Below are positions 1 through 12,091 of a stretch of 64,000 nt of DNA, in pieces; position 1 is the stretch's first letter; every line of letters begins with the position of its first letter. The position numbers were made by a program, and so were the translations under genes. This DNA comes from Eledone cirrhosa (taxonomy: Eukaryota): positions 173,662,001 to 173,726,000 of the forward strand of contig OZ024742.1 of the NCBI GenBank assembly GCA_964016885.1, given 5' to 3'. Under the pieces are notes generated by a model, which was given only the letters and a program-made list of their open reading frames with translations, was not told where the DNA came from and made no database searches.

Positions 1-1
1 A

Positions 2-997
2 ATCCCGGACCACATCCGCCTTCAGAATGGGACTGTCATTCACATTATGACAGAAGGCAAAAGGCCGCAGTGTTTTGTTTGTGGGGAAAAAACCCATTTG
101 CGAGCCTTCTGCCCTCAACTGCTGAAAGAGGCAAGGGGTCGAAAGGCTCCACTGCTGCCGATGCCGGGGCGAGGACCACAACCATCACCTGCACCGGCAA
201 AACCACCAACAACAACACCAATAGAAAGACCACCACCAACATTGACCACACAGGGGGGAAACGAGGAAAGCTGTCAAATTCCCCCTCCCCCCCAAAATAC
301 ACACAACAATAACACCTTAAACATACATACAGACACACTTACAGACACAGACCCCTCATCTACCAGTAGTGAAAATGAGGGAAATCCAAAATCCCCCAAA
401 ATACAAAAAAGGAAACACAAAAAGAAAAAAAAAACTCACACAAGCGCAAAGGCACCCACAATAAAAAACGCAGACACCACCCACGCAAGCATCTCTCCAA
501 TAACACCAACATCAACACCACCATCACTATCACCGGAATCCCCCAAACGCAAACAACCGAAACAGACGCAAGTACAAATATACACATACAACACAGACAC
601 CGCACTCACAACAAACACAGATACAACCGAAACAACACCACCACAATCATCACCACCACAGCGACGCAAACAAATAAAATCACACCAACAAAACATACAA
701 AACTTCGTGCTCGTCAGGAGGGCCAACAAGGAACTGATGGCCCTCGTAGCACGGAGTGAAAATATACAAAAAGAGGGGGACATTTTTAAATCGAGCACAT
801 TTCGCGTGCCGGAAGATTTGGTTCTGGTGCGAATGTCGCTCGACATATTCAAAGAAATACGAGACAGCTTTCCTCGGGACGTGGGAACCCCGGACGTAAA
901 ACCCACTTCAAGACTTTTAAAGGGGTTTCCAAAAGAAACCCCACTAACTATGGAGGTCGAACAACCCGACCTTCACAAGAGCCCGGAAGGTAAGTAA
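2..997 (+). CDS. Tx1-like ORF1 (gag-like, zinc knuckle), 5'-partial
   Basis: CFVCGEKTHLRAFC knuckle plus Pro/Thr-rich linker; frame open from position 2 and aligns with ORF1 of the copy at 14793-16782. Confidence 0.8.
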   Translation: MPDHIRLQNGTVIHIMTEGKRPQCFVCGEKTHLRAFCPQLLKEARGRKAPLLPMPGRGPQPSPAPAKPPTTTPIERPPPTLTTQGGNEESCQIPPPPQNTHNNNTLNIHTDTLTDTDPSSTSSENEGNPKSPKIQKRKHKKKKKTHTSAKAPTIKNADTTHASISPITPTSTPPSLSPESPKRKQPKQTQVQIYTYNTDTALTTNTDTTETTPPQSSPPQRRKQIKSHQQNIQNFVLVRRANKELMALVARSENIQKEGDIFKSSTFRVPEDLVLVRMSLDIFKEIRDSFPRDVGTPDVKPTSRLLKGFPKETPLTMEVEQPDLHKSPEGK

Positions 998-1028
998 ACC
1001 TTCCTCTGTCTCTGTTTAACCTGCCAAC

Positions 1029-4000
1029 ATGGCCGTATTAAGAGTAGGATGTTTAAATGTTCGAGGCCTGGGATCGTCCTGGAAGCAGGTTCCCCTGCTC
1101 AACGACCTCAGGTCTATAGAAATGGACGTAATTTCAGTCAGCGAGACCAGGATCTCCGACACGCGCGCACTAGCCCCCATTTTCGACGACTATCAGATCT
1201 TTGCATCTGTTAGCCGGCCGGTAATGGGAGGCGGGGTGGCAGTGCTGTTTAGGAAAGGCCTGGATCTCGAGGTAAGGTCGATCTTCCGGGACCCGAACGG
1301 GAAGTTGGTGGTCCTGGATGTGAGCAATAATGAAGGTGGTGCCTTTAGACTGGTGGCAGTCTATGCTCCTACCGGGGCAGGACGGACGGACTTATTTAGA
1401 CGCCTGGAAACCTTTCTGGGTACGTCTCGCCCTTTACTGTTAGCGGGGGACTGGAAGGGCATCTTAGACGCACGCTGGGACTGTGTGGGAGTATCCTATA
1501 GGAGCGAGGGGTGCAAAAGCCTCAAGAAACTACTGATCAGCCAGTTCCAACTGTCTGACAGGTACCGACTAGATTTCCTTAATGCGCAGTGTGGACCGGG
1601 GCTAACTGCATAGGGTCATCTAGATCGTATATAGACAGGATATTCATTAGGAAAATTATCAGAAATAGTGTAAGCTGTCCGCGTTTTGAAACGGTCGCCT
1701 ATTCAGATCACAAGTTTGTGATCTGTATGGTCGACCTAGATAAGACGCGTAGGTTAGGACCTGGTTACTGGAAGCTAAACATGTCATTTCCGGCACGTAA
1801 GGCTTACAGGGACCAGGTCAACAATTTAGTTAGGAAAAAGTTGACAGGGGGAGTCGTCAACAATAGATGGTGGGGGGCTCTCAAAAGAGAGATTAGAGTA
1901 ATGTCGATAGAGTTTAGCAAAGAAGTAGCATTAGAGAAAAATAGAAAGGAGGGGGAGTTGGGAGATAAGTTAGACGAGACTATTGGTAGTGGCATTGCAA
2001 CTGATGTGCTAGAGGCGAGAATGGCATTAGACCATTTCTTCAATGCGAAACACGAAGGGTGCATTGTCAGAGCTAAGGCGCGTGCTCTGAGAAACGAGGG
2101 AACCAAAGCTGTTCGATGGGCCCGCGTGGCAGAGGTGCAGCGTGGTAATAAAACAACGATTCGGTCTTTGAAGGACCGAGACGGGCACGAGCTGAGCGAT
2201 TCCAAGAGGTTGTGTGAGGCCTTTCGCCAACATTTTGCTCGGTTGTTCGGGGGAAGTGGCGGCTAAGAGATGGTGGCGGATTTCAGTCCCTACCTCGATG
2301 GCTTGCCGCAACTCTCGATGGCTGACGCTGGGCGCTGCGAAAGGCCAATTACTTCAGCCGAGATTCAGGATAGCCTTGTAGGCTGCATGAGGCGCAAGTC
2401 ACCCGGTTTGGATGGTCTGCCCTACGAGCTTTACGTAAATATGCCAGACTTGTTCTCCAATCTCCTCGAAGCCCTCTACTGCAACTGGCAGCAAAATGGG
2501 AGTATTCCCAGTTCTGTGAGCCGGGGCGTTGTGACGCTGATAAGGAAAGACGAGAACAAGAAGGACACATTAGACAATTTCAGGCCCATAACTCTGCTCA
2601 ACACAGAGTTTAAGATTTTGGCCAGGGTGTTAGCGAAGAGGTTGGCGCTTGTCGTCGGGGATTTGGTTGGGGAGGCGCAAACTTGCGCAATCCCAACCAG
2701 GTCCATACAGGACAACCGCCACCTAATGAGATACATCATAGAGAGGGTAGGGTGTAAACCTGGCTTCGGTGGGGCTCTGATCAATTTAGATCAATCGAAA
2801 ACATTCGATATGGTCGACCATCGGTATATGGAGGCTGTCCTCAAGGCGGCTGGCTTCGGCCCTGTCTTCAGAAGCTGGATCGCTGCAATGCACAGCGGAC
2901 ACTGCTCGATGGTCATAATTAATGGCCACCTCTCGGAACCGTTTCAGGTCTCCGGATCGGTCCGTCAAGGGTGCCCTCTCTCCTCTCTTCTGTACGTATT
3001 GACTCTCGAGCCTTTACTGCGGAAGCTGGAGCTGTTGCAGGGCATCTCGCTCGAACCGGGATACGGAAAGGCTGTGTCGGCTTATGCAGACATCACCGTG
3101 ATGGTGTCGGACCCCTCAGAAATGGAGGTGGTCGGCAACTTATTGGAGGAATATGAAAGGTTGACGGGAGCAAAACTTAACCCGGAAAAGTAAGTAGGCT
3201 TGCAGCCCGACGCATGGAGAGGCATGTCCATGCCGTCCAACAGCGTCGTTAGGCGCGGGACGGACGGACCGCTAAAGTTGCTAGGGGTTTGGTTCGGGCT
3301 AGACCTCCAGGTGGATAAGAATTGGGACGAGATGACGGGCAGGGTAGTCAGTCTCACCCAGAAATGGGCTGGGATGAAGCTGTCACTGAATGGTCAGGCG
3401 GGGGTGGCGAACGCGTACATCGCGTCCGTCAACTACTACTGTCTGACTGTTGTCCCTTGCCCCCGTTCGCGCCTCGCCATCTTGGAGCGGCTCCTCTTCA
3501 AATTCTTGTGAAGGGGTCAGGTTCCGCTGGTGAGGCGGTCCATCAGCTGTCAGCACCCTCTACGTGGAGGGCTGGGCATGCCGTGGCTAATGAGGCGCAG
3601 GCACGCGCTGAGGCTGCGGCATCTCCAGATATTCTGCCTAAACGGTGAACAGGTGTGGTCGCCGTTCATCAGCCGGGCCTTTCCGCAGCTCATTTCTTTG
3701 ACTGGGCTGCAGTCCTGGGTCAAGAAGAGACCGAGACTGGGTGACTGGCATCTGGAATGTTGCCAGGCACTCACTGCCCTCTACCAGGCGGGCAATGCGG
3801 TCAGTGGAACTTCCACTCTCGAGTTCTATAGAGGATTAGTGGTGGCCAAGTGCGACGAAGCACTCGGAGAGGCTCTGGGAGTCAACGAAGTCGAACTAAC
3901 CAGTCTGTACCGGAGGACTTTCGAGCCGGGGACGATGAATAATTTCCAAAAATCCATCGCTTGGCATTGCTACCGGGGGGCACTGCCGGTTCGAGATAAA

Positions 4001-4448
4001 CTCTACAGGCACGGAAGTGCTGTCAGACGGACCTGCCCAAGATGCGCACAGAATAACGAAACCGTTCTGCACGCACTCACCCAGTCTCCGTGCATTACTG
4101 ACTTGTGGAGTTATGTTGAACAGCTGTTGTCGCGTGTAGAACGGATCTGGCTATCGGCCGATTCCATAGTGAAGATCGAACGCCGCCTTCTTTTGGCCAG
4201 GTAGGGCAGGAAATTGTCCTCTGTCTGGTGGCAGTAGCGAAAGAGGTTGTATGGTGGACGAGGTTGAAAGACTGAAGACAGACACTTTTCTCTTCGGGCA
4301 ATCCCTCATCAACTTTTTCAAGTTTCACTTGGAAAGGAATGTGAGGGTGGATAGAGAGGTGCTGCCCCCCAGTACATTTGCTGAAAGGTGGGTGAATGTG
4401 GCGAGAATGGCCCGCGTAAGTGGGCCTACTCTGGTCATGCGGCTATAG
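1029..4448 (+). pseudogene. Tx1-like ORF2 (APE endonuclease-RT-zinc finger), disrupted
   Basis: LNVRGL, SET, AGDW, YIDRI and SDH (APE); KSPGLDG, FRPITLLN, RQGCPLS and AYAD (RT); CPRC..ETVLHAL; split over ORFs 1029-1613, 1589-2266, 2270-3193, 3200-3511, 3530-4204 and 4251-4448 by frameshifts and stops. Confidence 0.9.
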
Positions 4449-4724
4449 GTAGGTAAATTTGAAGAGGAGAGGGGTGCCCTTCTAGGGTGCTCTCGAAGCG
4501 TCGGGTCGTTCAGGACTGGTGGGGTACCTGAGCGAACCCGAGGTGGTCATCCCCCCTATTGGGGAATTTTTTCTTGTTGTAATTTTATTGTTACTTTATT
4601 GTTAATATGTTATTGTTACTTTGTTTATTCATATTGTTTACTCGATTTTTCCGTAAAACCCCACTGTCCCGGTCTTTTGTATTGTCCCCTATATATCGGC
4701 CCTTGTGGCCAATAAATGAAATCG

Positions 4725-4762
4725 TTATTATTATTATTATTACTATAATAATAACAATAATA
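4725..4762. repeat. (TTA)n switching to (TAA)n microsatellite at the Tx1/Dong junction
   Basis: ttattattattattattacta taataataacaataata read directly. Confidence 0.9.
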
Positions 4763-5877
4763 GATGGAATGTTGCTGAACAAAAAGAAATGGATAGGAAG
4801 ACTAGGAAGCTATTGACAATCTACAACATGTTCCACAGAGGAGTGATGTCGATAGACTCTACTTAAGGAGATCTGAAGGTGGAAGAGGTCTTATCAGCAT
4901 AGAGGACTGTGTTCAGATGGAGAAACACAACCTACCCAAATACGTGACCGATAGTAAGGGTCCAATGCTCAGAATTGTGCTGAAGGAGAGGACAATAGAC
5001 AAGTGGATGCCCAAGGAGGAAATAACAAGGAGAAAGAGCAGCCTTCATGAAAAATACCTTCATAGTACCTTCTTTGAGAAAACGGAATTCAGAGATCCAC
5101 AGGCATGGAACTGGTTGAAAAGAGGAGAACTTAAAAAGGCTAGTGAAGGAACGCTAATGGCAGCGCAAGAGCAGGCCCTCAAAACGAAGAGGCTGAAACA
5201 CCATATATACAAGGAGGAGGCTAGCCCACTGTGCAGGATGTGTGGAGAGAGAGAGGAGACTGTGTCTCACATTGTATCCGAGTGTAAACACCTAGCCCAG
5301 ACTCACTATAATCGCTGGAGACATGATGTGATGGCCAAGGTAATCTACTGGCACCTATGCAAAATAAACAATTTACCACATTCTGAGAAGTGGTATGAGC
5401 ATAAGCCAGAGTCGGTGATAGAAAACGATCAGGTGAAGGTTCTGTGGGATTTTAGGACACAAACGGACAAGAAACTGGAACACAATAGACCTGACCTGGT
5501 GGTTTGGGACAAGGGAAAAAGATCGTGCCTGATTGTGGATGTAGCCTGCCCATTCGACACGAGATTGCAAGAGAAGGAGAGGGAGAAAATTAATCGATAC
5601 CAGGACTTAAAGTGGGATGTAAAAAGGATTTGGAACTGCCATGAGGTCAAAGTGGTCCTGATTGTCATAGGCGCACTAGGTACTATCTCAAGGAGTTTCC
5701 AGGGTTGGTTAAAGAAAATTGGCCCCGCCCCGCTTTTGGAACACTTCAAAAGGCATGCTTGCTGGGAACAGCAAGAACACTCCGATACGTCCTGAATATC
5801 TGAGGCTGCAGGTAGTGGATTGATATTCATTTCAACAAACTTTCCAGTTAACTAACATCAATGACTGAGGGTCAAAG
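4762..5877 (+). mobile_element. R4/Dong-like RLE retrotransposon, 5'-truncated copy 1
   Basis: CRMCGEREETVSHIVSEC zinc finger and RPDLVV..IVDVACPFD..KEREK restriction-like endonuclease (ORF 4917-5795); (TAA)n on both sides; homologous to 10670-11790. Confidence 0.9.
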
Positions 5878-5883
5878 AATAAA

Positions 5884-5930
<47 letters not shown>

Positions 5931-5931
<1 letters not shown>

Positions 5932-7050
5932 GTTTTCTTTATTAACCACAAGGGTTCACATAAAGTAGTCATTAAGGACAGTACAGGACAATACAGGACG
6001 GTACAAATGGGCATTTCTGCGTGTAAAAAAACAGAGGTTGAAATAAAATAACAAAGAAAAATTCCCCAATAGGGGGGAGACTTCCAAGGGACATTTATGG
6101 AGAAAGCCCATTAAAAGACCACAGTGGCCCTGACCACCAGGGCAAGTGCCCTCTCCCAGTTTTCCACCTTTAATTTACAGACACATACTCAGAGAAGGCC
6201 CATTCATTCGGGCCATACTTGCTTCTCTCACCCATCTTTCAACAAAATGCTGGGAAGAGAGCACTGCCCTTTCTACCCTGATTTTCATTTTCAAATGAAA
6301 TTTGACAAAGTTAATTAGGGCATCACCGAAGAGGTAAGTGCTCGTCTTCAGCCCTTTCAAACGTGTCCACCATACTATCTCTTTCGCCATGACCACTAGA
6401 CAGATAAAAACTGCCTGCCCTTCCCGGCTAAAGAAAGAGGGAGCGGCAATCCTCACGATGGACTCAGGTCATAGCTGGATTCGTCCTACACGCGACAGCA
6501 GGTGTTCGACATAAACCTACAAGTCAGCAATGCTCGGACATTGGACGAGTGCGTGCCGGAGGGTTTCGTCCCCTGCGCGCATCTCGGACATGCCCGGCTG
6601 ACGGCACCTCCATGACTGTAGAGTTTATCCCGAACAGGCAAAGCTCCTCGGTAGCACTGCCAGGCCAGGGATTTCGGGAAGTTGTCCATAGGCCCCGGCC
6701 CGAAAGTTCTTCCGAGGGTATTGGCTAGTTGAATTTCGTCGACGCCTAGCGTTTCCCCAAGTACGTCGTCGCTCTTACCCTCCACTAATCCTCTATAGAA
6801 CGCCAAGGTGGAGTTTCCACCGATCACATTGCCCGATTGGTCGAGGGCTGTTAGCGCCTGAAGACATTCCGGTCTCAAAGCGCTCCCTCTCGGTTTTCGC
6901 TTGACCCACTACTGCAGCCCCGTCAAGGTTACGAGCCGGGAAAGACGTGTCTAGCAAATGGCGACCACACCTGATCACCGTCGAGCGCGTCCTTTCCACA
7001 AAAAGCGAAAGAGCAAACGCTCCAGCGCAGTCAGGCGGGGCTTAGGACAA

Positions 7051-7052
<2 letters not shown>
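5931..7052 (-). mobile_element. Tx1-like element, 5'-truncated copy 2 (ORF2 C-terminus plus 3' UTR)
   Basis: ORFs 6175-6456 and 6486-6878 match the ORF2 C-terminus; AATAAA near the 3' end; (TAA)n at 5878-5930 and 7053-7093. Confidence 0.9.
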
Positions 7053-7092
<40 letters not shown>

Positions 7093-7094
<2 letters not shown>

Positions 7095-7321
7095 GTGATC
7101 CCGATTGTCATAGGCGCACTGGGGACTATCTCCAAAGGTTTCCAGGGATGGTTAAAGAAAATCGGCCCCTTCACGCTTTTTGGAACGCTTCAAAAGGCAT
7201 GCTTGCTTGGAACGGCAAGAACCCTCCGATACGTCCTGAATATCTGAGGCTGCAGGTAGTGGCTTGATATTCAATCCAACGGACTTTCCAGTTAACCAAC
7301 ATCAATGACTGAGATTCAAGG
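7093..7321 (+). mobile_element. R4/Dong-like element, extreme 3' fragment (copy 2)
   Basis: Encodes VIPIVIGALG..LQKACLLGTARTLR plus the shared 3' UTR; (TAA)n on both sides. Confidence 0.85.
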
Positions 7322-7762
7322 AATAACAATAACAATAATAATAATAATAATAAAGAAGAAGAAGAAAAAGCACATGGTGGATATATATCGTTATGGAATC
7401 GCTCCCGTAAGTTTTTGATTTTTACTTATTTAAAACAACTGTGATAGAATAATTCTTATTAGAAATGACGTATAAGATTACAGTTTGTTACGCTCAGCAA
7501 GCCATAACGCATCACTCTAAGGCATAGGGCCCCAATATTTAATATTTAATTTTGGATCAGAAATGTTATAGTCGAAAAAGATGAAAGTGGCAAAATGACT
7601 AAATAGCTAAATGGCTAAGTGGACAGACAGGCAAATAATTCACCGCCAACACCACCACCGCCACCATCAGCACTGCCACGCGAAAAACTCTAGTCGAGCT
7701 ACCTCAACTTCTATTTCTACTTCAACTTCAACACCATCACTACCGTACTACCACCACGACAT

Positions 7763-7906
7763 CACCACCACCACTGCCTCATTATCGCTAGCGCCGCTAT
7801 TCTCTCCCACTACCCCCTGCTAGGTACTACTAGCAAAGCACCACCAACCACCACCACTGCCTCATTATCACTACCGCCGCTATTCTCTCCCACTACCTCC
7901 TGCTAA
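7763..7906. repeat. Two-copy duplication of a ~60 bp CAC-rich motif
   Basis: caccaccactgcctcattatc..ccgctattctctcccactacc..ctgcta appears twice, ~83 bp apart. Confidence 0.7.
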
Positions 7907-8180
7907 GACATGCATCGTAGTGTCCCCACTAAAAGAGGAAGGCATCAAAAGATATAAATAGACTGATTTGATGACCCGGTCAGAAAATCAAAAAAACAAA
8001 AATCAAAATCAAAACAGCACAGCAACAACGAAAAACGTAAAGAAAATAAAAATAAAAGAAAAACAAACAGTCAGACAGAGAAGGAAAAAAAAACTAAGTC
8101 AGACATTCAAACATTACATTACAATGAAACTTATGCTTATTCTTTTTTTTTCTTACCTATTTGTTTGTTTGTTTATTTAT

Positions 8181-11100
8181 GTTCGTCTACAGCGTGATAG
8201 TGCCACACTAAAATCACCGGGGGTGGTGATGAAATCACCGGTGGTTATGTAACCATGCATTCACCAATCCTGGATAAGAGTGTTTAAATGTCGAACCTAA
8301 ACAGTTCGAATAACGGTGAAGTGGAGACTGGAATGTCATGTGACAGACTCTCACCCAGCAGGTGCTCCCTGGCTCAGCAGCAGGGAACTGGCTGTCAACC
8401 AAATACTGCTGGTGTCGGAGGAAGCAGAAGAAGGAAAGGGACCAGAACCAACTGGACGAAACAATTGAATAGAACTGTTATACTATGTTACCTGAAGATT
8501 AACCCCAAGGAGAAAGGCTATAGGAAACGGATGCATAACATCTGAAACGAGATTGGTCTATTTAAATTAGATGACCAAAAACTGGCCGTGCAGGCTTGGG
8601 TAATAAGAACCAATGGGTGGATAAGCGAGCTGGAACTGGAGGAACTGAGCAGAGAGATTAGGTTGAAAATGGAGGGTGGAGTATGCCAGGCAAACGAGCC
8701 ATTGGGAAATGAAGGTGAAGAGGTTGAGAGAACGGAGGAACCATCCGAAGCAGACAATGATCAGAATGCTGAAATAAATAATACCTGGAACAAAGATACG
8801 GCCATTGAGGAGATGAATGCTGGCGGGTTAGGACAAGATTTAGTTGATATCCTCAACTTAGTGGTAGACGAATTGAACAATGATAGTGGGAAACCTATGA
8901 ACCTAAGATTTGTAGACAGGAAAAAGTTAAAAGAAACAACAGCTAAGGTAAACGAAGTCATCCCATAACTCGAGGCGAGGAGACTTCACCGGTGCAACAA
9001 TATCCTCAAAGCAACAGAAAATGCGGTGAGGAAATTACTTGGCATAAAAGCGAGAGGAAACCACAAACAAGAGAGATCAGAACATTGGTGGAAGAAATGA
9101 CTGAATGGTCAAATCAGGGAAATGAGAAATTACACTGGAAAGCTTGAGTCCCTGCTGAATGCGACACTAAAAAACATAGACACTAAAAATAGACTGGAAA
9201 TAAAGTACAAAACTAGGAGGAAAAAGCTAAATATTATCATAGAGGAACTGAAGCAACGCATTATAGCAAAGAGTGCAAATATTAGGCGATACGAGAGCAG
9301 AGTCAGTCAGTATAGACAGAACCGCCTGTTTGACAACAACCAGAAGATGTTGTTTGGACAGCTTGAAGGGAAAGAAAGAGGCAACGATGTGATCCCTGAG
9401 GCGGAACAAACTTAGACATTCTGGAGAGGAATATGGGAGCAGGATGTTAAACATAATGACCAGGCAGTGTGGATTGAGACAGTACAAAAGGAGATTAGTG
9501 AACAGGCACACCAACAAACTGATTTGAGTATCACAGTTGAAACTCTTAAGGGGCAGGCCAAACATCTAACCAACTGGAAATCACCAGGCCCAGATGGTGT
9601 GCAGGGGTATTGGATTAAAAATATAACATCCCTCCACCCGAAACTGACAACCATGTTCAATGACTGCTTGATGTCAGGTGGGGTCCCAGAGTGGTTTAGA
9701 AAAGGTACCACAGTTCTGGTAATGACAGACCGAATCAAGGGTAATGATGTTACCAACTATAGACCTATCACATGTCTGTCCGTAATGTGGGAAACTGTTG
9801 ATAAGCATTATGTCTGAGAAAATCTACCATCACCTCCAAACAACAAACAACTTGTTACCGGACGAACAGAAAGGATTCCGAAAGAAGTCACCTGGTACAA
9901 AGGACCAGTTACTTATTGATAAGATGGTAATGAGGAATTGCAAGAGGAAACACACTGGTCTTGCCATGGGATGAATAGACTACAAAAAGGTATTTGACAT
10001 GGTTCATCATTCTGGGATCACCAAAAGCCTGGAGATCTTCAAGGTGGCAGATAACATCAGACAGTTGTTGGGCAAAAGTATGAAGTCCTGGGAAACAGAG
10101 TTAACATCAACCGGAGAATCCTTGGGAAGCGTGAAGATCAAGAGAGGTATCTTCCAGGGAGATAGTATGTCCCCTCTGTTGTTTGTGCTTGCCCTGATAC
10201 CCCTGACCAGTGTACTGCGAAAAGTGAGAGCAGGATACAGGTTGGGAAAGGGAGGGCTTACCATCAATCACTGCTCTTCGTGGACGATCCTAAGCTTTTC
10301 GGGAAGAGTGAGAAGGAGTTGGATGTGCTTGTTGACACTGTCCGTATTTTCAGCAATGATATATGTATGCAATTTGGTATTAGTAAGTGTGGAGTCATTG
10401 AGATGAAGAGGGTAAGCTGAGCAGAAGTAACGGAATCCAGGTACCAACAGGTGAGATGATAAAGGAAATTGACTCTGAAGAAGGATACAAGTATGTGGGA
10501 GTTCTGGAGGGTGATGACATCAAGAACAAAAAAATGAAGGAATTGATAAGAACTGAATACATTCGGAGAGTAAGGAGCGTATTAAAGTCACATCTGAACA
10601 GTAGGAATGCCATAAGTGCAGTAAATTCCCGAGCTGTGTCTATTATTAGGTACAGTGCGGGAATTCTGAGATGGAATATGCTGAACAAAAAGAAATGGAC
10701 AGGAAGACTAGGAAGCTATTGACTATATACAACATGTTCCACAAGAGGAGTGATGTCGATAGACTCTACTTAAGGAGATCTGAAGGTGGAAGAGGGCTTA
10801 TCAGCATAGAGGACTGTGTTCAGATGGAGAAAAACAACCTACACAAATACGTGACTGATAGTAAGGAGCCAATGCTCAGAACTGTACTGAAGGAGGGGAC
10901 AATAGGCCAAGGGATATCCAAGGAGGAAATTACATCAAGGAGAAAGAGCAGCCTTCAGGAAAAATCCCTTCATAGTACCTTCTTTCAGAAAACTGAATTT
11001 AGAGATCCACAGACATGGAACTGGTTGAATAGAGGAGACCTTAAAAAGGCTACAGAAGGAATGTTAATGGCAGCGTTGGAGCAGGCTCTCAAAAGGAAGT

Positions 11101-11790
11101 GGTTGAAACACCATATTTACAAGGAGGAGGCTAGCTCACTGTGCAGGATCTGTGGAGAGAGAGAAGAGACTGTGGCTCACATTGTATCCGAGTGTAAACA
11201 CCTAGCCCAGACTCACTATAAGGGATGGAGACACGATGTGATGGGTAGGGTGATCCACTGGCACCTATGCAAAGTAAATAATTTACCACATTCTGAGAAG
11301 TGGTATGAGCATAAGCCAGAGGTGGTGATAGAAAACGATCAGGTGAAGGTGCTGTGGGATTTTAGGATACAGACGGACAAGAAACTGGAACGCAATAGAC
11401 CTGACCTGGTGGTTGTGGACAAAGAAAAAACATCGTGCCTGATTGTGGATGTGGCCTGCCCATTCGACACGAGAGTGCAAGAGAAGGAGAGGGAGAAAAT
11501 TAACCGATACCAGGATTTAAAGTGGGAGGTAAAAAGGATTTGGAACTGCTATGAAGTCAAAGTGATCCCGATTGTCATAGGCGCACTAGGGACTATCTCA
11601 AAAAGTTTCCAGGGATCGTTAAAGAAAACTGGCCCCTTCACACTTTTTGGAACGCTTCAAAAGGCATGCTTGCTGGGAACAGCAAGAACACTCCGATACG
11701 TCCTGAATATCTGAGGCTGCAGGTAGTGGCTTGATATTCATTTCAACAAACGTTCCAGTTAACTAACATCAATGACTGAGACTCAAAGAG
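8181..11790 (+). mobile_element. R4/Dong-like RLE retrotransposon, near full-length copy 3 (single ORF 8288-11714, disrupted)
   Basis: WKSPGPDG, NYRPITCL, RGIFQGDSMSP, degenerate FVDD, CCHC finger and PD-(D/E)xK endonuclease; several stops and frameshifts; ends in (TAA)n at 11791-11847; 5' boundary approximate. Confidence 0.9.
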
Positions 11791-11805
11791 TAATAACAAT
11801 AATAC

Positions 11806-11849
<44 letters not shown>

Positions 11850-12091
11850 TTTTCTTTATTAACCACAAGGGTTTACATAAAGTAGACATTAAGGACAGTA
11901 CAGGACAATACAGGACGGTACAAATGGGCATTTCTGCGTGTAAAAAAACAGAGGTTGAAATAAAATAACAAAGAAAAATTCCCCAATAGGGGGGAGACTT
12001 CCGAGGGACATCTGTGGAGAAAGCCCATTAAAAGACCACAGTGGCCCTGACCACCAGGGCAAGTGCCCTCTCCCAGTTTTCCACCTTTAAT

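Larger units (their letters stand above)
1..4724 (+). mobile_element. Tx1-like (L1 clade) non-LTR retrotransposon, copy 1; 5' end runs off the window
   Basis: ORF1 with CCHC knuckle, then ORF2 with APE endonuclease, RT and C-terminal zinc finger; 3' UTR with AATAAA at 4711, followed directly by (TTA)n. Confidence 0.9.

Noticed and set aside
4762-7052. Segmental duplication of 10670-13050 (Dong 3' end, TAA tract, Tx1 3' end)
   Set aside because: Both outer ends stop exactly at (TAA)n like 5'-truncated insertions, and copy 2 retains sequence (~6987-7015) deleted in copy 3; independent insertions fit better, though old duplication is not excluded
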